Origin: Verrucomicrobium sp.
GTDB taxonomy: Bacteria > Verrucomicrobiota > Verrucomicrobiia > Methylacidiphilales > GAS474
Direction: 5' to 3'
DNA: 64,000 nucleotides
NCBI GenBank assembly: GCA_028283855.1
Contig: JAPWJX010000004.1
Span: 161,394-225,393 of the forward strand
In this document: positions 21,544 to 30,557 of the stretch, piece after piece
Layout: each line of letters opens with the position of its first letter
Position numbering within the stretch: position 1 is the first letter of the stretch
Position numbers and translations under genes: made by a program
The notes under the pieces: model-generated
Databases searched by the model: none
The model's input: the letters and a program-made list of their open reading frames with translations, nothing else
Told to the model about the DNA's origin: nothing

Positions 21544-24240
21544 ATGAGCGAAACCGCCGATTACAAGTCCACCGTCCTCCTTCCCCGCACCGACTTCCCG
21601 ATGCGGGCGGAGCTGCCCAAGCGGGAGCCGGAAACCCTGGCCCGCTGGCAGCAGGAAAAGCTCTACGAGAAGGTGCTGCAAAACCGCGCCGGGGCGCCGA
21701 AGTTCGTCTTCCACGACGGTCCCCCCTTCGCCAACGGCAACGCCCACATGGGCCACGCGCTGAACAAGACGCTGAAGGACATCGTCGTGAAGTACAAGAC
21801 GATGTCCGGCTTCCAGGTCCCCTACATCCCGGGCTGGGACTGCCACGGCCTCCCCATCGAGCACAAGGTGATGAAGGAGCTGCCGGAGGCCAACCGCACC
21901 CCCGTGCAGATCCGCGAGGCGAGCGAGGCCTACGCGCGGAAATACGTCGCCCTCCAGCGCGGCCAGTTCGAGCGGCTCGGCGTCTTCGCCGATTGGGAAC
22001 ACCCCTACCTGACCCTCAACCCCGGCTACGAGGCGGAGCAGCTCCGCCTCTTCGCCACGCTGGTGGAGAAGGGCCTGGTCTACGAGGGGCTCCGCCCCGT
22101 CCACTGGAGCACCGGCTGCCAGACCGCGCTGGCGGAGGCGGAGATCGAGTACGCCAGCCAGGTCGACCCCGCCGCCTACGTGAAGTTCCCGCTGACGGCG
22201 GAGAGCAAGAAGGCGCTGGGCCTGGAATCTTTCAAGCAGGCCTCCCTCCTCATCTGGACGACGACGCCCTGGACCCTGCCCGCCAACCTGGCCGTGGCCG
22301 TTTCCCCGGAGCTTTCCTACGGACTGTTCGAGAAAGACGGCGAGGGCGTCGTCATCGCCACCGCGCTGCAGGCGCAGATCCCCGACTTCGCGGGTTGGAC
22401 CGCCTCCGCCAAGGCCTGGGCGCGCGGCACGGAGCTGGCGGGGGCCGCGTACCACCATCCCTTCCTGGACCGCACGGGGAAGGTTTATGAGGCCGCCTTC
22501 GTCACCGCCGATTCCGGCACCGGCCTGGTCCACATCGCGCCGGGGCACGGCATGGACGACTATCTCCTGGGCCAGGAGAAGGGGCTGCCCGTCCTCGCCC
22601 CCGTCGACGACCGCGGCTGCCTCACGGCGGAAGCGGGCGTGCCGGAACTGACCGGCGTCTACGTCTTCAAGGCCAACCCGCTGGTCCTGCAGATCCTGCG
22701 GGACAAGGGCCTCCTCCACCACAGCCACGACTACCCGCACGACTATCCCCACTGCTGGCGCTCGAAGACCCCCATCGTCTTCCGCGCGGTGAAGCAGTGG
22801 TTCATCAAGGTCGACGCCTTCCGCCAGCAGGCGCTGGAGGCGATCGACGAGGTGGAGTGGATCCCCAAGTGGGGCATCAACCGGATCAAGGGCGCCGTCC
22901 AGGCCCGCGCCGACTGGTGCATCTCCCGCCAGCGCACCTGGGGCGTGCCGATCCCCGTCTTCTACGACGGGGAGAAGGCGGTCCTCAAGCCGGAGGTGAT
23001 CCGCGCCTTCGCCGCCATCGCCGAGACGCGCGGGACCAACGCCTGGTTTGAAGCCGACGCCGACGCGCTGGCCAAGGAACTGGGCCTGCCCGCCGGGCTG
23101 CGGAAGGGGATCGACACCCTCGACGTCTGGATCGACTCCGGCAGCAGCCACGCCGCCGTCCTGGCGAAGCGCGGGGAATTCCCCGCCGACCTTTACCTGG
23201 AAGGCAGCGACCAGCACCGCGGCTGGTTCCAGTCCTCCCTCCTCCTCTCCGTCGCCACGCGCGGGAAGCCCCCCTACAAGCGGGTGCTGACGAACGGCTT
23301 CGTCGTCGACGTCGACGGCAAGAAGCTCTCCAAGTCGAGCGGCGCGAAGGGGATGGTCGACTACATCGACCAATACGGCGCCGACGTGCTCCGCCTCTGG
23401 GTGGCCAGCACCGACTACCGGGACGACGTGCCGTTCTCCCAGGAGATCTTCACCCGCGTCGCCGACACCTACCGGACGCTGCGCAACACCCTGCGCATCC
23501 TCCTGGGGAACCTCTTCGACTTCGACCCGGCGCGGGACGCCGTGGCGGAAAAGGACCTGACGGAGATCGACCGCTATCTTCTGGCCAAGCTGCGGGAGCT
23601 GGCCAAGGGCTGCGCCGCCGCCTACGAGGCGTATGAGTTCCACCAGGTCTACCACCTGCTCAACCGCTTCTGCGCGGTCGACCTCTCCGCCTTCTACGTC
23701 GACGTTCTCAAGGACCGGATGTATTGCGACGGGGCCGCCTGGCCGACGCGCCGCTCCTCCCAGACCGTCATGCGGGAAGCGGCGGAGACGATCCTGAAGC
23801 TCCTGGCCCCCCTGGCGCCGTTCACGGCGGAAGAGGGGTGGCTGGCCTTGGGCCATAAGGACTCCGTTCACCTCCAATCGATGCCCGCCGCCGATCTCCC
23901 GAGCGCGGGCGCCGACTTCCTGGGCCGCTGGGAGAAATTCCTCTCCCTGCGCGCGCAAGTGAACGAGGCCCTGGAAAAGGCCCGCCAGGCCAAGACGATC
24001 GGCAAGAGCCTGGAGGCCGCCGTCGTCCTGACTGCGCCGGGCGTGGCGGAAGACCGCGCGCTGCTGCGGGAACTCTTCCTGGTCTCCCGCCTCGACGTGC
24101 GGGAAGGGGAGGAAGTCTCCGTGGCCGTCTCCCGCGCGGAGGGGAAGAAGTGCCTCCGCTGCTGGAAGTATGAGGAGGGGATCGGCACCGTCGCCGCCCA
24201 CCCGGAACTCTGCCCCCGCTGCGCAAAGGCCGTGGGCTAG
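21544..24240 (+). CDS. ileS: isoleucine--tRNA ligase (type 1)
   Basis: HDGPPFANG..HMGH, GWDCHGLPIE, WTTTPWTLPAN, DWCISRQR, EGSDQHRGWFQSS, KLSKS, C-terminal CxxC..CxxC. Confidence 0.97.
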   Translation: MSETADYKSTVLLPRTDFPMRAELPKREPETLARWQQEKLYEKVLQNRAGAPKFVFHDGPPFANGNAHMGHALNKTLKDIVVKYKTMSGFQVPYIPGWDCHGLPIEHKVMKELPEANRTPVQIREASEAYARKYVALQRGQFERLGVFADWEHPYLTLNPGYEAEQLRLFATLVEKGLVYEGLRPVHWSTGCQTALAEAEIEYASQVDPAAYVKFPLTAESKKALGLESFKQASLLIWTTTPWTLPANLAVAVSPELSYGLFEKDGEGVVIATALQAQIPDFAGWTASAKAWARGTELAGAAYHHPFLDRTGKVYEAAFVTADSGTGLVHIAPGHGMDDYLLGQEKGLPVLAPVDDRGCLTAEAGVPELTGVYVFKANPLVLQILRDKGLLHHSHDYPHDYPHCWRSKTPIVFRAVKQWFIKVDAFRQQALEAIDEVEWIPKWGINRIKGAVQARADWCISRQRTWGVPIPVFYDGEKAVLKPEVIRAFAAIAETRGTNAWFEADADALAKELGLPAGLRKGIDTLDVWIDSGSSHAAVLAKRGEFPADLYLEGSDQHRGWFQSSLLLSVATRGKPPYKRVLTNGFVVDVDGKKLSKSSGAKGMVDYIDQYGADVLRLWVASTDYRDDVPFSQEIFTRVADTYRTLRNTLRILLGNLFDFDPARDAVAEKDLTEIDRYLLAKLRELAKGCAAAYEAYEFHQVYHLLNRFCAVDLSAFYVDVLKDRMYCDGAAWPTRRSSQTVMREAAETILKLLAPLAPFTAEEGWLALGHKDSVHLQSMPAADLPSAGADFLGRWEKFLSLRAQVNEALEKARQAKTIGKSLEAAVVLTAPGVAEDRALLRELFLVSRLDVREGEEVSVAVSRAEGKKCLRCWKYEEGIGTVAAHPELCPRCAKAVG

Positions 24241-24245
24241 CCTCG

Positions 24246-24258
24246 ATAGCCGAATTAT
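24246..24258 (+). promoter_or_regulatory. conserved upstream element copy 3 (ATAGCCGAATTAT)
   Basis: Read directly; GCCGAATT ends 7 nt before ATG 24264; part of the ATAGCC-N8-GGCTAT inverted repeat. Confidence 0.8.
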
Positions 24259-24263
24259 AGGCT

Positions 24264-25409
24264 ATGGCGTCCCCGCTCTACCCGCAGCCGACCTTCGCCG
24301 CCGATCCCGAGCTGGCGTCGTTCGTCGCGCAGATCCCGAAGACGGAGACGCACCTTCACCTGGAAGGGGCGCTTCCCTTCCTCCTCCTCCAGGAGAAGGA
24401 CCCCAAGAAGCCGCTGCCGGAATTCTGGGCGGCCGACTTCCGCTACCGGGACTTCGGCCACTTCCTGGGGAAGATCCTCGACCCGGAGGCCAACTACTAC
24501 ACCTCCGCCGCCCACTACGGCCGCGCGGCGGGGCTCATCTTCGGCGGGTTGGCGGCGCAGAACGTCCGCTACGTGGAGAGCATCGTCCACCTGCCCACCA
24601 TCGTGGAGGCCGACGGCGGCCCCCTGGCCGTCCTCGACGCGATCCGCCAGGCCGCGGCCGACCACGCCCCGGGCCTCTCCCTCAAGATCAAGGCGGGGAT
24701 GACCCGCGACAACTGGGCCACCCACGCCGGGCCGATCCAGGAAGCCCTGAAATGGAAGGAGCTGGACGGCGTCGGCATCCACGGGACGGAGGAGATCCCC
24801 TTCGAGCCCTGGACGGCGGCGATGTGGCGGCGCTTCCGCGACGCGGGCAAATTCACCGAGGTCCACGCGGGCGAGTTCGGCTCCGTCGAGTCGGTCCGCC
24901 ACGCGGCGACGGTCCTGGGCGTCGACCGGATCGAGCACGGCATCGCCGCCGTGAAGGACCCGGAGCTGATGGCCCTCCTCAAGGAAAAGAAGATCGGCCT
25001 CGACGTCTGCCCGATCAGCAACTGGCGGCTCCGCGCCGTCGAGTCCCTGGCCGCCCATCCCCTGCCGGTCCTGCACCGGGCGGGACTCCTCTGCACCCTC
25101 AGCACGGACGATCCCTATTTCTTCGGCAACACGTTGAGCGAGGAATACGCCCGGGCGGTGAGGGACGTCGGCCTTTCCCGCGCGGAGGTCCTCCAATTGG
25201 CCCGCAACGGCTTTGAGGTGGCCCGCATCCCGGACGCCGCCAAGGCGGAGCCCCTGGCGGAACTCGCCCGGCTGGCGGCGAAGGAGGCGGGGCCCCGCGT
25301 CCCGGCGGGCCGGGAACGGGTGGAGGAGCTTCAGGCCGCCCCGCTCCGTCCGGCGGGGGAAACCGGCCGGAACCTCCCGGACGGGCCTGACTTTTTACGT
25401 ACTCGCTAG
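24264..25409 (+). CDS. adenosine/adenine deaminase family protein (copy 1)
   Basis: PKTETHLHLEG, HAGE, RIEHG, CPISN, STDDP metal and catalytic motifs; about 50 aa C-terminal tail. Confidence 0.9.
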   Translation: MASPLYPQPTFAADPELASFVAQIPKTETHLHLEGALPFLLLQEKDPKKPLPEFWAADFRYRDFGHFLGKILDPEANYYTSAAHYGRAAGLIFGGLAAQNVRYVESIVHLPTIVEADGGPLAVLDAIRQAAADHAPGLSLKIKAGMTRDNWATHAGPIQEALKWKELDGVGIHGTEEIPFEPWTAAMWRRFRDAGKFTEVHAGEFGSVESVRHAATVLGVDRIEHGIAAVKDPELMALLKEKKIGLDVCPISNWRLRAVESLAAHPLPVLHRAGLLCTLSTDDPYFFGNTLSEEYARAVRDVGLSRAEVLQLARNGFEVARIPDAAKAEPLAELARLAAKEAGPRVPAGRERVEELQAAPLRPAGETGRNLPDGPDFLRTR

Positions 25410-25483
25410 ACGCGAGCCGTTTCCAAATCGTCACACTTCCGCAACGGGGGTTTCTTAATTCGAATCTAGGAGTTTCTACTCCT

Positions 25484-25500
25484 GGAAATAGCCGAATTAT
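25484..25500 (+). promoter_or_regulatory. conserved upstream element copy 4 (GGAAATAGCCGAATTAT)
   Basis: Read directly; 16-mer identical to copy 1, same 18-nt gap to ATG 25517. Confidence 0.8.
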
Positions 25501-25516
25501 AAAGTAAGCCCCTCTC

Positions 25517-26752
25517 ATGGAAGCGCGCATCGACCCGGACAAGGCCCCATTCCTGTCGCTTTACCCGCAGCCGCTCTCCCAGCTCCACCCGGAGCTGTCC
25601 CGCTTCGTCCAGTCGCTGCCCAAGACGGAAAGCCACTTCCACCTGGAAGGGGCGCTCCCGCTGCCGCTCCTCCAGCAGCTCGACCTGCCGATCTTCGACG
25701 GCTTCTTCGGCGGCACCCCGCCCTACGCCGACCGGAACTTCCGCTTCCGCAACTTCACCCAGTTCGCCCGCGACTACAAGGAGCACAGCCGCGCCTGGTT
25801 CACCTCCCCGGAGCGCTACGCGGAGGCCGCCGCCATGGTCCTGGCCGACCTGCGGCGGCACAATGTCCGCTACGTGGAGTTGAGCATCGGGATGAAGGAC
25901 GCCAGCTATGACGCGGAGAAGGGCCGCTGCGTCCCGGGCCGCCTGCCCGCCATCATCGACGCCGTCCACGCCGCCGCCAAGGCGATGGAGCCGGACATCA
26001 CCACCCGCATCTACGCCACCATGCGCCGGAAGGACTACGAGGGCTACTCCGAGATCATCGAGGAGACGATCCGCCATCCGAAGCTCTTCGGCATCGACCT
26101 TTCCGGCAGCGAGGCGCGCCCCATCGAGCCCTGGACGTCCGACGTCTGGTCCCGCGCGCGGGACGTCTACGGCAAGAAGCTCAAGGCCCACGCGGGCGAG
26201 TTCCACAAGCGGCCGGAATCGGCCAAGGCCGTCCGCCACGCCATCGAAGAGCTGGGCGTCTGCCAGGTGGAGCACGGCATCGCCGCCGTCCACCACCCGG
26301 AACTGATCGACCTCATCAAGCAGAAGGACATCACCCTGGGCACCTGCCCGCAGAGCAATTACAAGCTGCACGCGGTGAAAACCCTGCACGACCATCCGAT
26401 CAAGGACCTCATGAAGGAAGGCGTCCGCTGCACGGTCAATTCGGACGATCCGTTCTACTTCGGCGGGATCAACGACGTCTACGTCGCCCTGGCCACGCAG
26501 ACCGGCCTTTCCAAGTCCGAGCTGGCCGAGCTGGCGCTCAACGGCTTCCAGGCCGCCCACCTGGCGCCGGAGGAAAAGGCCGCCCCCATGGCCGAGCTGC
26601 GCCGGATCATCGAGCGGGAGAGGCAGGCGGAGGACGCCGCCCTCCAGCGGAAGGCCGCCCTGCAGAACGCGCCCTTCCCCTCCCGCACGCCTGCTTCCGG
26701 CCCCTCCCAGGGTCCCGACCGCCGGGCTTCCCAAGAGCCGACGAAAAGCTAG
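25517..26752 (+). CDS. adenosine/adenine deaminase family protein (copy 2)
   Basis: PKTESHFHLEG, HAGE, VEHG, CPQSN, NSDDP; N- and C-terminal extensions. Confidence 0.9.
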   Translation: MEARIDPDKAPFLSLYPQPLSQLHPELSRFVQSLPKTESHFHLEGALPLPLLQQLDLPIFDGFFGGTPPYADRNFRFRNFTQFARDYKEHSRAWFTSPERYAEAAAMVLADLRRHNVRYVELSIGMKDASYDAEKGRCVPGRLPAIIDAVHAAAKAMEPDITTRIYATMRRKDYEGYSEIIEETIRHPKLFGIDLSGSEARPIEPWTSDVWSRARDVYGKKLKAHAGEFHKRPESAKAVRHAIEELGVCQVEHGIAAVHHPELIDLIKQKDITLGTCPQSNYKLHAVKTLHDHPIKDLMKEGVRCTVNSDDPFYFGGINDVYVALATQTGLSKSELAELALNGFQAAHLAPEEKAAPMAELRRIIERERQAEDAALQRKAALQNAPFPSRTPASGPSQGPDRRASQEPTKS

Positions 26753-26762
26753 CGTGCAGGGC

Positions 26763-27251
26763 ATGTCTTTCCGCCGGTTCCCACGCGCCTACGCCTGGCT
26801 GCTGGCCGCGCTCTGCCTCCTCCTGGACCAGGGGACGAAGTTCTGGGCGGAAGCGGCCCTGGCCGAAAATTCCCGCACGGTCGTCCCCGGCTTCTTCGAC
26901 CTGGTGCTGCGGGGGAACACGGGCATCGCCTTCAGTTTCTTCCTGGGCGGCAACCGCTGGCTGGCGGTGGCCACGGGGGCGCTCATCGGGGCCGTCGCCT
27001 ACGTCGGCCTGCGGCGGCGGCTGGTCGATTGGACGCCCCACCTCGTCAACGTCGCCGCGGCGTTCATCGCCGCCGGGGCGGTCGGCAACTGGATCGACCG
27101 GGTGCGGCTCGGCTGCGTCGTCGACTTCCTCGACTTCTACTGGCGGGGGCACCATTACCCGACGTTCAACGTGGCCGACAGCTGCATCACCGTCGGCGTT
27201 TTCCTCCTGCTGGGGCGGAGCCTGATTGCCTCCCGCGCGGCGGCGCGGTAG
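26763..27251 (+). CDS. lspA: lipoprotein signal peptidase II
   Basis: DQGTK, NTGIAFS, GAVGNWIDR, VVDFLD, FNVADSCI. Confidence 0.95.
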   Translation: MSFRRFPRAYAWLLAALCLLLDQGTKFWAEAALAENSRTVVPGFFDLVLRGNTGIAFSFFLGGNRWLAVATGALIGAVAYVGLRRRLVDWTPHLVNVAAAFIAAGAVGNWIDRVRLGCVVDFLDFYWRGHHYPTFNVADSCITVGVFLLLGRSLIASRAAAR

Positions 27252-27259
27252 ATTTTGGA

Positions 27260-28183
27260 ATGACGCCGCTTCAGGAAAAGGTCCTCCGCCTCAAGAAGGA
27301 GAAGAACGCCGTTCTCCTGGCGCACAACTACCAGGTGAAGGAAATCCAGGAGGTCGCCGACTACGTGGGCGATTCCCTGGGCCTTTCCTACCACGCGCGC
27401 GAGGCGAAGGCCGACTGGATCGTCTTCTGCGGCGTCCATTTCATGGCGGAGACGGCCAAGATCGTGAACCCGCAAAAGAAGGTCTCCATCCCGGACCTCG
27501 GCGCGGGCTGTTCCCTGGCCGACGCCTGCGACCCCGCCGACCTGGCCGCCTACAAGGAGAAGAACCCGGGCCTCTACGTCGTCTCCTACATCAACTGCTC
27601 CGCCGGCGTGAAGGCCCTGAGCGACGTCATCTGCACTTCCGGCAACGCCGTCCGCATCGTCAACCAGGTGCCGCCGGACCGGGAGATCCTTTTTGTCCCG
27701 GACCAGAACCTGGGGGAGTGGGTGCAGGAAAAGACCGGCCGGCCCATGCGCCTGTGGCAGGGGAACTGTTACGTCCATGTGGAGTACACCCACGCCAGCA
27801 TCCAGCGCATCCGCCGGGAGCACCCGGACGCCCCCGTCGTCGCCCACCCGGAATGCACCCGCCCGGTCCGCTTGCTGGCGGACGAGGTCTGCTCGACCGA
27901 GAAGATGATCGACTTCTGCCGGGCGAACCCGTCCCGGGACTTCATCATCGCCACGGAGTCCGGGATGCTGGAGCGGCTCCGCCGGGAGTTGCCGGAGAAG
28001 CATTTCATCCCCGCGCCGACTGACCACTGCGCCTGCGCCGACTGCCGCTACATGAAGATGATCACCCTGGAAAAGCTGGCGCACACCCTGGAGACGGGGG
28101 AGGGAGAGATCGTGCTGAATTCCGAGGTGCAGGAAAAGGCGCGCGCCCCGCTGGAGCGGATGCTCGACTGGAGCCGGAACTAG
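27260..28183 (+). CDS. nadA: quinolinate synthase
   Basis: LLAHNYQ, GDSL.LS, FCGVHFMAETAK, GCSLAD, SYINCS, VAHPEC. Confidence 0.96.
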   Translation: MTPLQEKVLRLKKEKNAVLLAHNYQVKEIQEVADYVGDSLGLSYHAREAKADWIVFCGVHFMAETAKIVNPQKKVSIPDLGAGCSLADACDPADLAAYKEKNPGLYVVSYINCSAGVKALSDVICTSGNAVRIVNQVPPDREILFVPDQNLGEWVQEKTGRPMRLWQGNCYVHVEYTHASIQRIRREHPDAPVVAHPECTRPVRLLADEVCSTEKMIDFCRANPSRDFIIATESGMLERLRRELPEKHFIPAPTDHCACADCRYMKMITLEKLAHTLETGEGEIVLNSEVQEKARAPLERMLDWSRN

Positions 28184-28239
28184 CTTCGGGCCCAAGGGGT
28201 TAGCGCGGACGCGTTTTCCTGGTTAACGCGTATTAAGGG

Positions 28240-28268
28240 TTGGCATGCCCGCGGGGGGCTGCTACTTA
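28240..28268 (+). promoter_or_regulatory. candidate promoter TTGGCA-N17-TACTTA (lptD)
   Basis: Same hexamers, spacing and TGC as the purA upstream region; 11 nt before the GTG. Confidence 0.5.
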
Positions 28269-28279
28269 AATCGGCCCTA

Positions 28280-30529
28280 GTGTTTGCGTTCCGGGCCATC
28301 CTCTGCCTTTTAGCGTTTTCGAGCTGCGCCCTTGCGCAGGTCGGGCCCGCGCCCGCCCCGGCCAAGCCAAAGGGCGGGGAGAAGCACGGCGCCGCCTCCG
28401 TCCCCATCGAAATCACGGCGGACGGGGACACCCGCTTCGTCGCCGGCATTGCCACGGCCAACGAGAACGTCGTCGTCCGCCACGGAACCGATCTCCTCTA
28501 CGCCGACCACGTCAGCTACGACGTTTCCCAGCATATCGCCTCGGCCGACGGGAACGTCCGCATCTACTCCGGGAGCAAGGTCTACCGGGGCGACCACATC
28601 GTCTTCAACTTCCTGACGAAGGAGATCACCTCCACGAATTTCTCCGCCGCGGAGTTCCCCGTCTTCGCCAAGGGGGAATCGGTCACCACGCCGGAGCCGG
28701 ACCACTACCACCTGACCAACGGCTACCTGACCACGGACAACCGCGCCCACCCCAGCTTCCGCCTGCGCGCGCACACCATGGAGATCTACCCGGACGACCG
28801 CGTGGTGCTGAAGGACGTTGTCCTCTACGTGGAAAACGTCCCCGTCTTCTGGGTGCCGATCTATTCCCAGTCCCTCAAGTCCCAGGAATCGACCTTCCGC
28901 GTCCAGGGCGGCTCCAGCTCCCGCTTCGGCGACGAGGTCATGGCCACCTTCAACTGGCGGGTGAGCGACAACCTGACCATGATCTTTCACGAGGACTACC
29001 GCTCCAAGCGCGGCGACGGCGGCGGCCTGGACATGCGCTACAAGCCGGTCAAGGACGGCTACGGCCTCTTCTCCGGCTACTACCTGCACGACAAGGAATA
29101 TTACGAGAATCCCACCGCGCTCCCCCGCTCCCCCATGGGGCCGGACCGTTACCGCTTCACCCTCCAGCAGTTCACCCCGCTGGGAGAGGGGCTGGAGGCG
29201 AAGATCAACGCCAACGTCTGGAGCGACCCCTACATCACGGAGGACTTCTTCCAGCGGGAATATTCCCGCCAGCGCATGCCGGACAACACGCTGGAAGTCA
29301 TCAACCGCGGCGGCGACTACGAGATTTCCGTCCTGGGCCGCGCGCAGATCAACCGCTTCTTCGACACCACGGAGCGCGCGCCGGAGTTCCGCATCGAGAC
29401 GAAGCCGATCAAGGTCTTCAACACCGGCCTGGAATACGAGAGCGAGACGAGCATGGTCCACTTCCAGCAGAGCTATTCCAACCAGCTCTACAACTTCGGC
29501 ACCATCCCGAAGGCCTACAGCGCCGACCGCTGGGACACCTACCACGAGCTGCTCTATCCGAAGCAATACTTCGGCTGGCTCAACGTGACGCCGCACGTCG
29601 GCCTGCGCGGCACCGCCTGGAGCCACGACAACCTGGACATCGCCAGCACCACGGCGGACGAGACGGGCAAGTCGGTGGAACGCGGCGTGATCGACGGAGG
29701 CGTCGACCTCTCCTTCAAGGTCTCCCGCACCTGGACCGACCTGAAGAGCCCCACCCTGGGCATCGACGGCATCCGCCACGTGGTCGAGCCCTTCGTCCAC
29801 GCCCAGGCCGTGCTCCCCAGCGTGGGCAGCGACGCCGTGCGCGGCTTCGACGACCGCGTGGCCAACACCTGGGCCAATCCCATCGGCTTCCCGTTCTACA
29901 ACTCGATCGACTCCATCAACCGCCAGATGGTCGCCCGCACCGGCGTCCGCAATCAGATCCAGACGAAGCGGGACGGCCAGAACGTCACCCTGGTGGACTG
30001 GTCGGTCTTCTCCGACCTGAACGCCACCAGCCACTATGACGAGCAGAACGTCCTGACGGACGACACCTTCAGCCACGTCTACTCGGACTTCGTCCTCCAG
30101 CCGACCAACTGGCTGACCTTCCAATCCCGCGACGCCATCGACACCGGCAGCGCCAGCTACAACATGTACGACAACAGCCTCTCCTGGCAGCCGAACCGCG
30201 CGTACAAGTTCACCCTGGGCGACCGCCTCCTGGAGGGCCTGAACATGGTCGACACCTACGGCCTGCCCATCCCCAACAGCAACCAGGTCTACTTCCGCTT
30301 TTTCTACCGCCTCAACGAGCACTGGCAGTTCGAGACCCGGCACAGCTTCAACACCGACGACAGCAACCTGCAGGAGCAGTCCTACACCGTCTTCCGCGAC
30401 ATGTCCGCGTGGCAGATGGGCGTGACCTACTCCGAGATCAACAACCACGAGAGCACCAGCCAGTCGGTCTTCTACGTCACGCTCACCCTCAAGGCCTTCC
30501 CCTCCGCCACGGCGCGCGCGGTGCAGTAG
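28280..30529 (+). CDS. lptD: LPS assembly outer-membrane protein LptD-like
   Basis: Signal peptide, OstA-like N-domain (ITAD..., L.AD.V.Y), large beta-barrel with aromatic alternating C-terminus. Confidence 0.8.
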   Translation: MFAFRAILCLLAFSSCALAQVGPAPAPAKPKGGEKHGAASVPIEITADGDTRFVAGIATANENVVVRHGTDLLYADHVSYDVSQHIASADGNVRIYSGSKVYRGDHIVFNFLTKEITSTNFSAAEFPVFAKGESVTTPEPDHYHLTNGYLTTDNRAHPSFRLRAHTMEIYPDDRVVLKDVVLYVENVPVFWVPIYSQSLKSQESTFRVQGGSSSRFGDEVMATFNWRVSDNLTMIFHEDYRSKRGDGGGLDMRYKPVKDGYGLFSGYYLHDKEYYENPTALPRSPMGPDRYRFTLQQFTPLGEGLEAKINANVWSDPYITEDFFQREYSRQRMPDNTLEVINRGGDYEISVLGRAQINRFFDTTERAPEFRIETKPIKVFNTGLEYESETSMVHFQQSYSNQLYNFGTIPKAYSADRWDTYHELLYPKQYFGWLNVTPHVGLRGTAWSHDNLDIASTTADETGKSVERGVIDGGVDLSFKVSRTWTDLKSPTLGIDGIRHVVEPFVHAQAVLPSVGSDAVRGFDDRVANTWANPIGFPFYNSIDSINRQMVARTGVRNQIQTKRDGQNVTLVDWSVFSDLNATSHYDEQNVLTDDTFSHVYSDFVLQPTNWLTFQSRDAIDTGSASYNMYDNSLSWQPNRAYKFTLGDRLLEGLNMVDTYGLPIPNSNQVYFRFFYRLNEHWQFETRHSFNTDDSNLQEQSYTVFRDMSAWQMGVTYSEINNHESTSQSVFYVTLTLKAFPSATARAVQ

Positions 30530-30557
30530 CCCTTTTTAGTTTCCCGTTTTTTTCAGC

